From NCBI GenBank assembly GCA_964016885.1, contig OZ024740.1, positions 293,322,001-293,386,000 on the forward strand: a stretch of DNA of 64,000 nucleotides, in the 5' to 3' direction. Positions 50,625 to 64,000 of the stretch are shown here, one piece after another. The position numbers and the translations under genes were made by a program. Source of the stretch: Eledone cirrhosa (taxonomy: Eukaryota). The notes below the pieces were generated by a model. The model did not search any database, had not been told where the DNA came from, and saw only the letters and a list, made by a program, of their open reading frames with translations. The first letter of the stretch is position 1. The number at the start of each line of letters is the position of its first letter.

Positions 50625-51712
50625 CATTTTCTTTGTGCCTGAGATTTTAAACTTGATTCTAGATATTTTTCCGCCACTGATTCAGAAAACACCAACCGTT
50701 TTATTCTTTGTTCTAGCAGTACTAGTTATTGAGATATTACATACGTCATTACAAACATTAATGCTCTTTTGGAACGGTATTATGAGTTACTTATAGATCT
50801 AAACTCATCTGTATGATTAAATGTTCACCTAAAATTTGTTCAAAACAATAGCAACAAATATTGATCAATCCCAGTTGGTCACTCAGTCTGTATGAGTGAA
50901 GAGGAGGAGGCAGTCACCCTAGTCCTAAAAAACATATTATTCCGAGACCACCATGTTTTAAATGTCTCTGCGACAGTAGAGATGAAGATAAACACTTTGT
51001 GAGAAAGATCCACGTTTACAAAATTCAAAGGATAATATTGAGGCATATGCATGATCATGAATTAATATGGCTGTCAAATATTTCCTTGGGAACTCGTATA
51101 TGCTCTCCTATTTTTGTAAACTTGGGCGTAAAAAAGAGCAAAAAACTACATTATCTCCACAGCCATTTGAATAATTTCCCAGATGATCTCGGTGATCTAA
51201 ACGAACGATTTCACTCAGAACTAAGGACTATAAAAGAGGATTACCGCCGACGGTGGGATACTAACATGCTGGCGGATTGCTACTGGAGTTATCCAACGTG
51301 AATGTCCGGGCACATCGCATAGTAGGAAATCTCAGAAACGGGGATTATGTGAGATGTCCAATGAAAAACGTTTTTCTTTTTTCGTTCGTGTATGAAGCTT
51401 GTTTGATTTTAATCCATAATTTTCGTACCCTATACGTGTTTGATTGATGTTAATACACTATTTTTGCTAACATTCATCACACTTTTGTATTCACCTAGCA
51501 AAACAATTCACTGCCAGCCAGCAATTATATAATATTTTATGCATTATAAATATATAAATTATATAATTATGCAATTATATAATATTATATACATTATAAA
51601 CGAATATAGAAATATATATAAAGAACTAATGTATAAACACTGATGTGATTTTTAGAATAAGCGATCTGAATATACCCAGAAACAGGTCTGAAATCGTTGT
51701 GTTCTCCGATGT
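50625..51712 (+). mobile_element. Internally deleted DNA transposon fossil, Chapaev3-like
   Basis: Peptide KLHYLHSHLNNFPDDLGDLNERFHSELRTIKEDYRRRWDTNMLADCYW (51145-51290). Degenerate inverted ends at ~50643-50690 and ~51650-51696. Confidence 0.55.
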
Positions 51713-52259
51713 TACCGACTACAAATTTCACTTACATTGGGCACGATGACGGACGCGCCACATCACATTTTATGATCAGGGCCTTGATCATGGCTTTGGA
51801 AGATCCCTCCCGTGACTTTGTTTCCAGATGATATCTTGGCTGGCGGGCGAGCAAGTCTGGATGTCCCTGGCAGTGCCCAGCAAGTTACAACTATCTCTTA
51901 GTTATGTTGTTGATCAGCTGGGTAGTGTTGCCAAAACACTTGTGTCAAAATCTATTCATTATTGATAACTACTTAGTTATGGTCCAGTTACAATCGATTA
52001 CTGCTGATCGCAACAGTAAACATGAACAACACACCATTCACTTCACTATTCATAGATCCACCTTTCTATGAAACGTAGACTGCATATCAGTAGATGTTTG
52101 AGTATTTCTATTATATTTTTGTAGTATGTAGACTCACTGTCTGCCATTAGAATTTAGAACTTGGACGTATTCGCCACATATATATTGGTGTATGTGTGTA
52201 TGTATGTATGTATGTAGGTATGTATGTTATGTACTCTTGAGTGCTACTCGTAACATATA

Positions 52260-52645
52260 ACCCAGTACAACCTGTCGCATGGTCGGGTCATCGGCGACTA
52301 ACCGGCAACCCCACCAAGTTTACTTGGTGAGAAGGGTGATGTTGGACACCCTGCAAGACAAAAAGCAAAACTTGACAAATGGCGGAAGAACTCATAAGAA
52401 GCAATGTGTAAATATGTATATACATATGTATATACATATGTGTATATGTGTGTATATATGATATATATGTATATACATGTATTTATATGTATATATATAT
52501 GCGCGGGGACATAGAAATAATCGGGCTGGATAACCGATCGTGCAGTTAAACCACTGAGAGTGAAGGACCCCTAGCCTTTGTCAGAGCATTCTTCTAGGAG
52601 AAAGCAACTAAGGAAACTAGGATAACTTCGACATAAAACCTGCGG
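52260..52645 (+). mobile_element. Possible RTE 5' UTR remnant interrupted by a TA-rich tract
   Basis: TCTAGGAGAAAGCAACT...AAACC resembles RTE 5' UTR motifs. Weak evidence. Confidence 0.3.
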
Positions 52646-53189
52646 CACAGTAGTTACCGATGGTGTTGATCTTTTGTTCTTTTCGGGTTATAACTACTGT
52701 CGCTAAGAGAATGCGATTGGCTCAGTGCACAGTCTTTCCTGACTTTACTCACTTTCCTCACGCACAGGCATTGCACGATACCATTAATTAATAATTATTA
52801 ACAATGTTATATCGTGCAATGGCCATACTCGATAACTAGGGGGCAGCGATCATGTATAAATGTATGTATATATGTATGTATGTATATATGTATGTAGCAT
52901 ATATGTGTGTATGTATGTTCTTCTGGTTTTATAATTTTATAAATCGTTACCAATAGAGCGAGAGAGTCGGTTTCTAACATAGACACAAGACTCTTTCATT
53001 GGGATTTACACATCAACTAGGTAGATATGTATGTATATCTGCATGCATGCATGTGTGTGCAGGTATGGATGTTATTGTATGTGTGGATGTGGATGTTTTG
53101 AGTTATATGTGTGCATGTGCATATATTTTGTATCTGTAAATGTGTACATGCGGGTATTAAAAGCAGAATTTTGTAAGTTTGTATGTATG

Positions 53190-55150
53190 TTCTCTCTTTC
53201 TCTCAATTTTGGGTTTATTTTTTGTAAAGAAAAGGGAATTGTCGCTGTCTCTTGTGCAAACGTTTATGCTTTGGTTCGTAAGAAAGTTTTACAGATTTTG
53301 AAGGTTCCGGATATCGCGGCGATTGATAGCTTATGAATTAAGGAGGGACGTTCTTTCTCTACAAATCCAAATTCAGTTATACTTTGGTCCAATGATATGA
53401 AGCTGAACGTGTATCTTGGAAACTCAATCTGCAAATTCCTCATCAATAGTCCGCAGATATCCTCCTTCTCTTGCATTTTTCTTACTAAATTGACATCAAT
53501 TGGGCAGCTAACTTGTACAACAGAGCATTTTTTTAATGAGTGGTTCCCAACAACAATATCAGGCTCGTTGTGCTTTAATTTTGTGTGGTATTTATTTTCA
53601 GGTTCCACCTGTATTCCTTTGAGCCATAAGTCTCAACATATTTCACCCTACTTGCTTTTACTTTCGTCTTCCGTAACGCATTCCAGATTGTTCTAACTAT
53701 CACACCATGCCACACGAGGAGGTAGTAATGAAACAACATTCTTTTACAGTTGGTCATAATGTGGTTAATATTTTCAATCTTTGTTTTGCACAACCTATAT
53801 TTATTGTCAACGGGTGACCTTCCTTTTTTGTGCAGTAGGTAGTTGGTGGGGATTTTTTGTTCCTGGATTGCATAGTTATAATCTTCAAGGTGGGATGTTA
53901 TGAACTTGTCAGAAGAACATATCTAGCTTTTAGTATGGTTTATTGCCTCCCTCTACGTTGTGTATTTTTCCTCTCAAATGCCCAGACTGAGGCACCAAAT
54001 GTATAATCTGTACATGAGGTTCTGGTGGGTATTTAGCAAGGGTATTTCTTTATTTTGAGGAATGAGAAGAGTAGTGGAAGTTGATAACCATTTGGGCAGT
54101 TCTTGTGTGCCCTTGATACTTCATACAACCGTATGAGATCTTGCCGATAAAAGGTGGAATTCTACAGCCAGTAACCTGTTATGAGGTGTGAGATTTCCTG
54201 TTTGATGTTTTCTGTAGAGTTGTTTGAGTATTGTGCCATGCTGGACATGCTGATAATAGTCATGTCCCAGTTATTTAAACCGTACTGCTTGTTTGTGGAA
54301 TTCATCATTTATTTCATATACAGATCTCAAGTAATTTTCAGCGTGATCTTTTGTCGTGGGTGTCTTTTACAGAACTTGAACTTTTCACATCGAAGCTGAG
54401 AAAAACTGACTTGGGATCTCTGGCAAATAATCTAATCAGCATTTGCCGTTTATACGCTGTATATTTGTTTTTTAGTCTTTCACCTGTAGCTATGATTTGT
54501 TTTTCAACTAGTGTAATTTGGAGTTTAGGGTTTTAAATCCAGTATCTCCAAATCTCCTCTGTTTTGTTTTTTTTGTTTTTGTTTATTTAGGTCCTGGTGT
54601 GTGAAATTGTTCTATGTTATATTCCGTAACTACAATAAGCTATGAGAGACTTCTTCGCAGGAACAAAATCTTATTTTTTTAAGTTAAGTGCCCATGCTGG
54701 TTCAGGTGTTCTGCTTGGCTACAGCTCTATGCGATACGCTAGCAAAGTAATAGCTGAGACATATACCAGAAGGTCAACGGTTTCGTATGTTGCTTCGTAT
54801 GAACTGTGTAGCCTTCAGATAATTATCTGCTATTTCGTTTACTGCCTCCAATTCTAATTTACGTGGATCTTTACTTAAACTGGTGTTGTATGATCTGTCA
54901 TTCAAATTAAGATTGTGGGCCTGTCATTCAAATTAAGGTTGTGGACCTGTTGAAATATATCCCTGATCATTTGTAAGGTGTCCACAAGTTTTTTGATATC
55001 CTTCTGTCTGAACAGTAGAGGTGTGGATTTCTGCTAAATTGTTGGTGTGTTGTTTACTGATAGATTGAACTGAGCATTCTGTCTGTCCATCAGTGGAATT
55101 GGGATCATTATTTTCAATGGCTGGCTTTGTAGTACCAGTCTGCTTTGAAT
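53190..55150 (-). mobile_element. Degenerate, internally deleted copy of the (CATA)n-associated R4 family
   Basis: KLKHNEPDIVV..VQVSCPIDVN..KEDICG..AAISGTFKICKTFLR matches 20870-21200. The 3' end abuts (TATG)n. Extends further 5' than the 18788 copy. Confidence 0.8.
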
Positions 55151-55312
55151 GAGATTTACATCATTAGATATATATATTTATCAATTTACAGCTAATGATA
55201 CGTTTTGCTTGCTTGTATGTATGTGTATGTGTATATATGTGCGTGTATGTATATATGTATATGTTTGTATGTATGTGTATGTATGCGTATGTATGTATGT
55301 GTGTGTGCGTAC

Positions 55313-55409
<97 letters not shown>

Positions 55410-56149
55410 TGTGTGTATGTATGTATGTATGTATGTATGTATGTATGTATGTATGTATGTATGTATGTATGTATGTATACTAACGCAGCTGTTTCCTTTG
55501 CGGCATTTTCGATAGTAAAAATAGACATATATTTTTCTTTACATTTTTGCTTGTTTTATTTCGTTTTATCTTTGAAGTTTAATGTTTTCGTGGCACAGAG
55601 AACTTCTTACATTTTAGATTTATAAACTAATCAAATACGATTGGTTAAAGCGATGGATTACAAACGAGGGAGCATCTCTTTTCTCGGTTGATTGAGATTG
55701 ACTTGCTAGATACATTTACTAAATTCGCTCAAATCTCAGTCTACCGTCTGGTAAATAGAGTAGAGGTATAGTTAAAAAGAAAAGAAGATTACTGTATAAC
55801 CTATACCATTATGGAAGTATTGCTATTGTTATTCTTGTTCATGTGGTTAATTATTTTTACAACTGTCTTAAAGAATTAAAGAGGGCTTTGAGCAAGTTGG
55901 TGATAAATATGCAAAAAAGACGGACGGCAGAGGGGGGGACCTTTCGTTAATATATGTACTCCTCCATCAGATCTGACTTGGGACTAAAAAACAATAATAT
56001 CATCAACAAACACACCACCACCACTAATATCAACATCACCAACACTAATACAACAACAATACCAACGATAAATGTTGCTATGGCTATTTTAATGATTAAT
56101 GAAATCACTCACACAGCTATCTATTAACTCTGAAGTCTGTTCTAAGCCG

Positions 56150-56410
56150 AAGGTTTATCAGGCCCGTGTTTATCCCCGGTTTACTTGGCGTTAAGTGACT
56201 GAGAGGACAGAACTCTCACTGGACAGAATGACGGTCTATCATACGATTAATTCCCCAGCTTCTGCTGATGCTCACTCTCAGTTATGTGTTCTGGAAAAAC
56301 GTGAAATAAAGTGTTTTGCTCAAGAAAAAAACGCTGCAGCCTGTCCAGGAATCAAAACGATGACATTACGATGCAACATCAAGCCTCCTAATCACTGGGC
56401 CATGCGCCTT
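56150..56410 (-). mobile_element. Degenerate CORE-like SINE
   Basis: GTGAAATAAAGTGTTTTGCTCAAG is the reverse complement of the block at 13100-13123. tRNA-like head near 56340-56410. Confidence 0.65.
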
Positions 56411-56421
56411 TACATTTATTA

Positions 56422-57195
56422 ATTCTAGTTCAGTAAAAACTCACATATTTTGCTACAGACATCAAACAGTTAACTCTAGTTCAGTTAAAACTCACATATT
56501 TTGCTGCAGACATCAAACAGTTAACTCTAGTTCGATTATAATTCACATATTTTGCTGCAGACATTATCAAACAGTTAACTCTAGTTCAGTTAAAATTCAT
56601 ATTTTGCTGCAGACGATATCAAACAGTCAACTGTAGTTCAGTTAAAATTCACATATTTTGCTGCAGACATCAAACAATTCATTCTAGTTCAGTTAAAACT
56701 CACATATTTTGCTGCAGACATCAAACAGTTAACTCTAGTTCAGTTAAAATTCACATATTTTGTTGCAGACATCATACAGTTAGCTCTAGTTCGATTAAAA
56801 TTCACATATTTTGCTGCAGACATTATCAAACAGTTAACTCTAGTTCAGTTAAAATTCATATTTTGCTGCAGACGATATCAAACAGTCAACTGTAGTTCAG
56901 TTAAAATTCACATATTTTGCTGCAGATATCAAACAGTTAACTCTAATTCTGTTAAAATTCACATATTTTGCTGCAGACATCAAACAGTTAACTCTAGTTC
57001 GATTAAAATTCACATATTTTGCTGCAGACATTACCAAACAGTTAACTCTAGTTCAGTTAAAATTCATATTTTGCTGCAGACGATATCAAACAGTCAACTG
57101 TAGTTCAGTTAAAATTCACATATTTTGCTGCAGACATCAAACAGTTAACTCTAGTTCTGTTAAAATTCACATATTTTATTGCAGCTGTCATCAAA
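56422..57195. repeat. ~51-bp satellite, about 15 units, with higher-order structure
   Basis: Unit AACTCTAGTTCAGTTAAAATTCACATATTTTGCTGCAGACATCAAACAGTT. Confidence 0.92.
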
Positions 57196-58084
57196 TGATT
57201 AACCAGAAAGTATGCGGTATGAAATCAAACACAAAAACAACAAAAACATCAACAACAGCAAATAAGTGTTAGCAGCATTGTTGTTGTTGGTTATATAGAA
57301 GGTAAGAGAGATAAATCAATGTATCTGATTTACCTTGTTCTAACTTTTAATTTTTTTTTTTTTTTAAATCATAAACTGTTGTCATATTTGATAAATCATA
57401 AATATTCTGTCATATGACAGAATGGAGAAGGCGTTTCCCCGGAGGACGGCAAGGGAAACGCGCTGGAAAAACCACTCCAACTTGCGGGGCTCACAATATG
57501 TCATGTTTTTACTTGATTTATCTAATCTGATGCATAATTTTTAACGACATTAATCACCGCTCTTAACATTAAGTAATACTATCTTATTCACAAAGAACTA
57601 ATTAAGAGTATTTAATTTACTTAATAAGGTGGAAAATTGAGTCGTTAAAATGTTGGATGGTTATGATTATGGTATTCGTTCCAGCTTTCGGCCGCGGTCT
57701 TTCATCCTTTCAGGGTCGATGAAAAAAGTACCAATCCAATGCTGGGATCAATTATTTCTCTATACCTCATTCTTTCTCTTCTTCTCCCATCACTTCTCTA
57801 CTGCTATAGAAGAAATCACACGTGATCAGACCTGGAGATAGATGAGCACTGCCAGGTTTACAATGCCCAAGATATATTGTATGTCACAACAGAAACTCTA
57901 CCACTCCATCACGAGCTACGAGTCCATATATACAATTCACATAATATTATCTAATACACCATATATAAGTTAATTTAGCTAGTATTACAATATGGACATA
58001 TCATAACTCAACAATACACTAGTTACTAAATACCACCGAGTAAGAGTGGATCTCGTCGGCCTATCTCTGGATGAGACTAGGCAT

Positions 58085-59742
58085 CCTGCTTGTCACTTCA
58101 TCCCAGTTTTTTTACCACCAGGAGATCTGGACCAAACCAGAATCTGAGCAATTTAACAGCTCCACCCGAAATTCTAGTCTCAGTGAGGGCCACTAAATCT
58201 CTATATGATGACCTGAGGCCATTGCGCAAGTGGTCTTCCTTCCACGACGACCCCAGGACACATGCATTGAGACTTCTTATGTTTAGTAAAGCCCCGTTGG
58301 ATAAAGAGAAGTGAAGTTAGAAGAAACAAAAAATTTAAACTTGTAGAAGGACTGTTGATCCATCCTTCCGGTTAATTGTTCAAGTTTCCAGGAGCAAGTG
58401 ATCGTGTTTAAAGTGTCTTGTACTGCTTGGCTAATCTTTATGTGTGCCTTTATGGTAACTGTTAAAGTGGTGGAATAATTTAGTGTAGTATTTATGTGTT
58501 GATGTAGGTGGTTCATTAATTTTGTTGTTTGTGATTATGGCTATGTAATTTGCCATGTTTTCTTATGTTTAGTTTGGTTTTAATGGTCGTTTTGCTGTAG
58601 TTGTGGGGATGTTTGTGGTGATATTTGTGGTGATGTTTGTGGTGGTGGGTTCAAAGTTGGTGCTGAGGATTTTGTTAGCCATGTGGTTTTTCTTTTCCTC
58701 CTGCCTACATTTTGTTTTGTTTTTCTATTTAGTCTTCTCCCTCTTCTTTTGGAAATATGTTATCCACTCCCCATATATATATATATCTTTCGTAACTTGG
58801 GTGTTGGACATATCCGAGGAACATGTCTTTGGGTGTTGTATTGATGTTGTAGAAGTTGCTCTTTCTGTGGTACGGCTGTTTATATTGCTACAGCTCTTGG
58901 TGTTGTTACTGCTGATATTGCTTTTCCTGTTCATCATGCTGCTGTTGTCACAGTTGCTGCTGTTGTTATTTCAATCTATGTGAATGCTGCTGCTTGTACG
59001 GTTGTTAGTTATTGAGGATACGGCGTCGGCAAAAGTTGGTTGGGGGAGGGCTTTTTCCCAGGCAATCAGCTGTGGGCAGAATGCCTTTAAGTGGAACACA
59101 GCTTTAAATATGCGACACTGCGCTTTTCTAAGCTCCTCTGTCACGAGCAGATGGGTGCTGTCCGAGAGATTTATTAGATTATGCTTGACCTCTACACACT
59201 ACTGGTTGGTTTCTATGAGGGTGCTGGAAGCAGATAAACCACATTAACAATGGAAGCTGTCCCTTCCGTTAGAAGTTGAAGAGCAGGTGCTACAATTTAG
59301 CGAGGCTTGAACGGGCGAAGGCATAACGGCCAGGTGGTAATAGATGCCGGATGCAATGTACGCGTTCGGCCCCTCCACCTGACCTTTCAGGGACAGCTTC
59401 TCGGCCCCTTTTTGAATGAGAGTAGCTACCCAACTCATTACTTCGTTCACAGTTCTCATCCACCTGTCCCAAAACAGATCCGTCCAGCGTCCAATGAGGC
59501 TGTTGAGCAGCGTGTATTTGCCTCTCCGGGTCCCGAGCTGCAAACCCACCGACTTTTCCGGGTTGATCTTTGTTTCTGTTAACCATTCATATTCCTCTAA
59601 GAAGATACCAACCACCTTGATTTCTGAGTTGTTCGACATCATCACGGTGATGCCGTGCACATATACCGATGCAATCTTACCACGTCCCGGTTTGATTGGG
59701 ATACCTTGCAACAGCTCCAGCTTCCGCAGTAGTGGCTCGAAA
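58085..59742 (-). mobile_element. Scrambled, degenerate Tx1-family fragments (ORF2 / ORF1-like / ORF2)
   Basis: EPLLRKLELLQGIP, EKSVGLQLG, LSLKGQVEGPNAYIAS at 59250-59740. AVKLLRFWFGPDL at 58110-58165. ORF1-like low-complexity sequence lies between. Confidence 0.75.
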
Positions 59743-60029
59743 TAGTCATAACCCGAATATGGATAATGAAAACAGAAATACTCCCTATAATAAAAGGTTC
59801 TGATAATGATAAAAACACGCACTGATACCTAATTCCACAGTACTTGCAAATATATACAGCACACAGAAAATAGCACTACCAGACACTGCCACACTTATCA
59901 GATATTACAATGAGTACTCTGATTACAATAGAAAAAAAATCAACACAAAATACACTGCACGAACCGAAGGTTCCCTGAGCTGTGCTCGGTAATGCAGTGA
60001 TTACAGTAAAAATAACACTAATAATAATA

Positions 60030-60455
60030 ATTTCTGATTTATGCACAAGGCCTGCAATTGGGAGAGGGGGGTCGATTGAATCGACCCCAGTACAATACTG
60101 GTACTTTATTTTATCGACCCCGTAAGGATGAAAGGCAAAGCTAACCTCGGTGGGATTTGAACTCAGAAAGTAAATGGCCGTAACTGTATGCTGCCATGTA
60201 TGTTGTCCGACGGTCTACCGATTCTACTAATCCCCTATCTTAATAATAATAATTGTTTCTACTTTTAACACAAGGCCAGCAATTATCCCAGTGCATTACT
60301 GGTAGTGTCTGGTAGTGCTATTTTATCGACCTCGTAAGGATGAAAGGCAAAGTTAACCTCGGCGGGATTTGAACTCAGAACGTTAAGGGCCATAACTCTA
60401 TGTTGCAAAGCATGTTGTTCGACGCTCTACCAATACTGCTAATCCACCAGCCTAA
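60030..60455 (-). mobile_element. Two tandem tRNA-derived SINEs separated by (TAA)n
   Basis: Two copies of GGATGAAAGGCAAAG(C/T)TAACCTCGG..GGATTTGAACTCAG at ~60127 and ~60338. Confidence 0.85.
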
Positions 60456-62059
60456 TAACAAGGATCATAATAATAATCTATTCAACTGACATGCTATTTA
60501 ACTGGTTCTATGGCTGAAAGTTGGCATCTAACTGACAACTGTAGGATTTTGGCACAAAAGCAAACACGCCAATACAGATGATTGCATAGCCGTACATCCT
60601 TTTAATAAAGCAACAATTGCCGAAATATTTCAAACGGCTGTCTCTTTTAATATTAAAGCGAAGGCGAGCAACTATCCTGTTCAGTTACTTGGCAGTTCAA
60701 TGCAATGAATTAAAAAACATCTAACGGATGTCGTGTGAATGCACTTCAGATGCAACAAACCATTTATATTCGGGCTGTTTTATGAGCTTAGCAACAGTCA
60801 AAATATAAATGAAAACAGCAATAAGAACAACAAAAATCTTTTCATCTTCGTTTCCTTAATTTCAGGTGAAAGAAGGGAGAGATTCAGATTTTCAGATTTC
60901 AATATTTTATAGATTTGTTTTTAATATTCTTTGATTTTTTTTCTTCTTTTTTTTTTCATCGTATTAGTGCATTGACAGGAAAATAAATTATTATGACATG
61001 CCCTACCAATGGAATATTCTGGGGTGTCAGTGCAGAGACAGAACTCTTAATAAGGACTTGTTTTTTAAATAAATGAAAAATGGGTTTCGTACAGAATATA
61101 AAAGCAATCAAGCGTAACACTACAGTGTTCTTCTGAAGATGGCTCGCTTTAGATTTGGTAACATTAGTTGTATCAAAGTTAACTGAAAACAAACTTAAGA
61201 AAAACAAAAATCAGAAAAGACGAACGTCCCGAAATATTGACCACCGCAGCCTACAATATTTGAAACTGAAGGATATATTTAAAATGTGGTCTTAGATATT
61301 GCTAAAAAGGTGGGATTATAATGATTGTAACATTTTTGGTTAGAGATGTTCTCAAATATGACTCACCTGGGACTATACAACAGCGAAATAAATATGAAGT
61401 ACAAATTACGATATGTATGACGTTTAAGAAAGCAAAAGTGTGATTGTTAGAAATTGTAGGTAAATCTCTCTCATATAACACTCTACTGTCTTTAAAATGT
61501 GAGGATCTATTTGACAATGTACTTCTCAATATAAAACGGTAGGCTAGTCAAGATTGGAATGCCTTTCATCACAAGAATCTTCAACCATGAGTGTTCTGGG
61601 GTTAAACAATAGCAACAATAACCCTTTTTACGATCATATTTTTACTGGAAAATATTCCTATCGGGAATCTATGAGTTTATCCCCAGACAATAAGGTGACA
61701 GATAAGGGGACATCCAGTCTTACATATATATATATATATATTTTTTTTTTAAAGCATTATTGTATCAAATATTTTTTTTTTTTTTGCAGTAGCTGCGTTT
61801 CTTTTAAGGATACTTTGTAACTGCACCAGTCTATCAGTGTTTGATATTCTCTGAGCCTTGGAAGCATTTATAATAGCTACTTTTAACCTTATACTCGTAT
61901 TAGTGTTCCTGGATTCTTAGAACATTCCGATTTAGATATATCCTTATATTATTCTTCTCTTCTTTACTTTTCCTGGTATTCTGGAAATTGAAGCACCCCA
62001 GTATTCTGAAAATTGAAGCACCCCAGACAAAAAGTGACAGTCGGTATGATAGGCTTGAG

Positions 62060-62430
62060 TACTGGGCATGACGAGAAAAATAAACTCGGCCTCTACTCTC
62101 TCCACCACCACAATGAGAGCTACATCATTTATGCGATGTGGATAGTGTTACATCAATATTGTCGAAATGATGTTGGCATCAATTTTAAAATCTACCCAAG
62201 GCTGGGTCTCCATGCTATTCTGCTCATACAAAAATCGACCTCGTATTACATAACGACATTACGACACAATTATTTCAATCTCCACTGCTCCTGTTCTCTT
62301 TAATATCATACCAAAATATATCAAAGTAGAAAGAATCCCATCAAATTTCAAAGATCCATGGACAAATTTCTTCATGAAATTCCAGGTAAACTCCCTACAC
62401 CCGGATATGTCTCAGCCAACAGTACTGTAC
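62060..62430 (+). pseudogene. CR1-like LINE ORF2 C-terminal remnant
   Basis: KLGLYSL..YII..W, LFNIIPKYIK, MDKFLHEIPG..TPGY. Confidence 0.55.
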
Positions 62431-62490
62431 AGAAGTGTGCCATATATATGTATATATGTATAATTATTTTAGACAAATAACTTTTTTAAT

Positions 62491-62582
<92 letters not shown>

Positions 62583-64000
62583 CAATAATCAGTGTTGGCT
62601 GAGCCAAACAATCGACCAACTGTCGTGTAATCAAACATAAGCACTCCACATCATAGGTATCATAAGGTATTATGTATATGGTACCAGACAGAATATCAAT
62701 ACTAAGAAAAAGAAGAGATGTGGTTTCACATATACAACTTCAGTTTGCCACATGATACCTGTTATGTACATTTCAAATGTCAATATGTAACAGTTATCCA
62801 AATCTCGGATTGCCAGCATCAGATTGCTGGCAACCAGAAATATTCAGAATCTAACGAATAAAGCCCAATAACAGCATAAAGTGTTTTTAATGTTTTTCAT
62901 TTCCACCAACACTTTCATTTCGCCCTCTCATCCTCACCATCTCAACCTTTCGATATTTATCGTAGGATACAGTTAACTATAATACGAATAATTTCCTACG
63001 GATTTATAGCCGGATTAGTTGAAAACACGAAGAAAACCTAATAGCAACATTTGTAAATAAACATTTCAACTCACTCAACGCCCCAGTGTTTATTAACTGG
63101 CATTCGATACGGGTCCCGGCCCTGCTCTTTGGAGCCGCCGTCAGTTTTCTCGAAAGATGCTCCAACACAATCTCTTGCATCGGCATCCTCCTTCCACCCA
63201 GATTTTGTTTTAAGGTTGTATATGTGAAAGTGAATAGGCGAATGGTGCAATACTCCGCCGCAATAATCGCGAATGGCCTTTTTGCTAGACATGCAGACTT
63301 CTGGTGTCATTTGGGCCTAGGACAACCTCCCTATTTACCGCCATCGGCACAGAGTTGGCTACCCGCAGGTGTGAGCCTCGCGAGCTGGAATGATTCTTCC
63401 AGCGCGTCTCCCTCAACATCCTCCGGGAAAATGCCTTCTCTATTCTGAACATCGCTTACAAACGAAAGCTAACAGAAATACCCATAAAGACAATCTGAGT
63501 TAGGCGGTGGGGCGCCGAAAGGCCTTCTCGGCAGCAATACCGATGTGTAATGGTTGAGACCCATACAGAAAATCGGTTGCGAAGAAATGCTACCACGAAT
63601 ACAACACCTAAAACTCAAGGGCTGACGTTGGTGGGCGAGATTATGTTGGAACAACCTTCGGGAAGGTCTTGTGATTGAAAAGGAGTGATAATCAGGAAAT
63701 CCTTCTATTTTCAATTTGCTAGAAATAGCAACCAATTGCGGAAAGGCGGCTGTGCGTGTGTGTCTGTGGGCGTATGCGCGCGCGCACAATCACACACATT
63801 TAGCAATTAAAAAGCATTATGATTTTGTGATTATTCACACAGAAACACACACACACATGAGTAATTCCATATCAAAGTAAGCGATAGTTTGATCCGACAC
63901 CCACCCCTTCAAAAATCAATGAAAATTGGCTCGGTATTAGGGATTTCTAATATGGCAAACCTGGCCAAATATTAGGTCAAATGACCATGAAAATTGATAT

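Noticed and set aside
63071-63310. Host protein-coding exon (79-aa ORF)
   Set aside because: No recognisable domain, and the adjacent sequence is repeated at 57418. Kept only as an unidentified segment.

Overview
Repeat-saturated, AT-rich eukaryotic DNA with no recognisable host gene. The tRNA-derived SINEs resemble those of octopod cephalopods, so a mollusc is likely (inference). Contents: two long Tx1/L1-clade LINEs (1-4176, 36008-41670) plus scrambled fragments; two families of R4/Dong-type RLE retrotransposons sitting in (TAA)n and (CATA)n microsatellites; RTE (Expander-like), Hero-like and CR1-like fragments; two Penelope-like elements (Neptune-type and Naiad-type); many SINEs; DNA-transposon fossils; a 5.5-kb 43-bp satellite derived from a SINE head; and a 51-bp satellite. 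The most notable unannotated layer is about 16 type I hammerhead-ribozyme motifs from about 9 distinct sequence families between 9.9 and 34.7 kb. They lie in short non-coding elements embedded in (TA)n that form fold-backs, tandem retrozyme-like monomers (one family with an octamer motif) and circularly permuted copies. Both Tx1 elements also carry a predicted micro-intron whose removal would fuse ORF1 to ORF2 in frame. All alignments and folds were done by eye.
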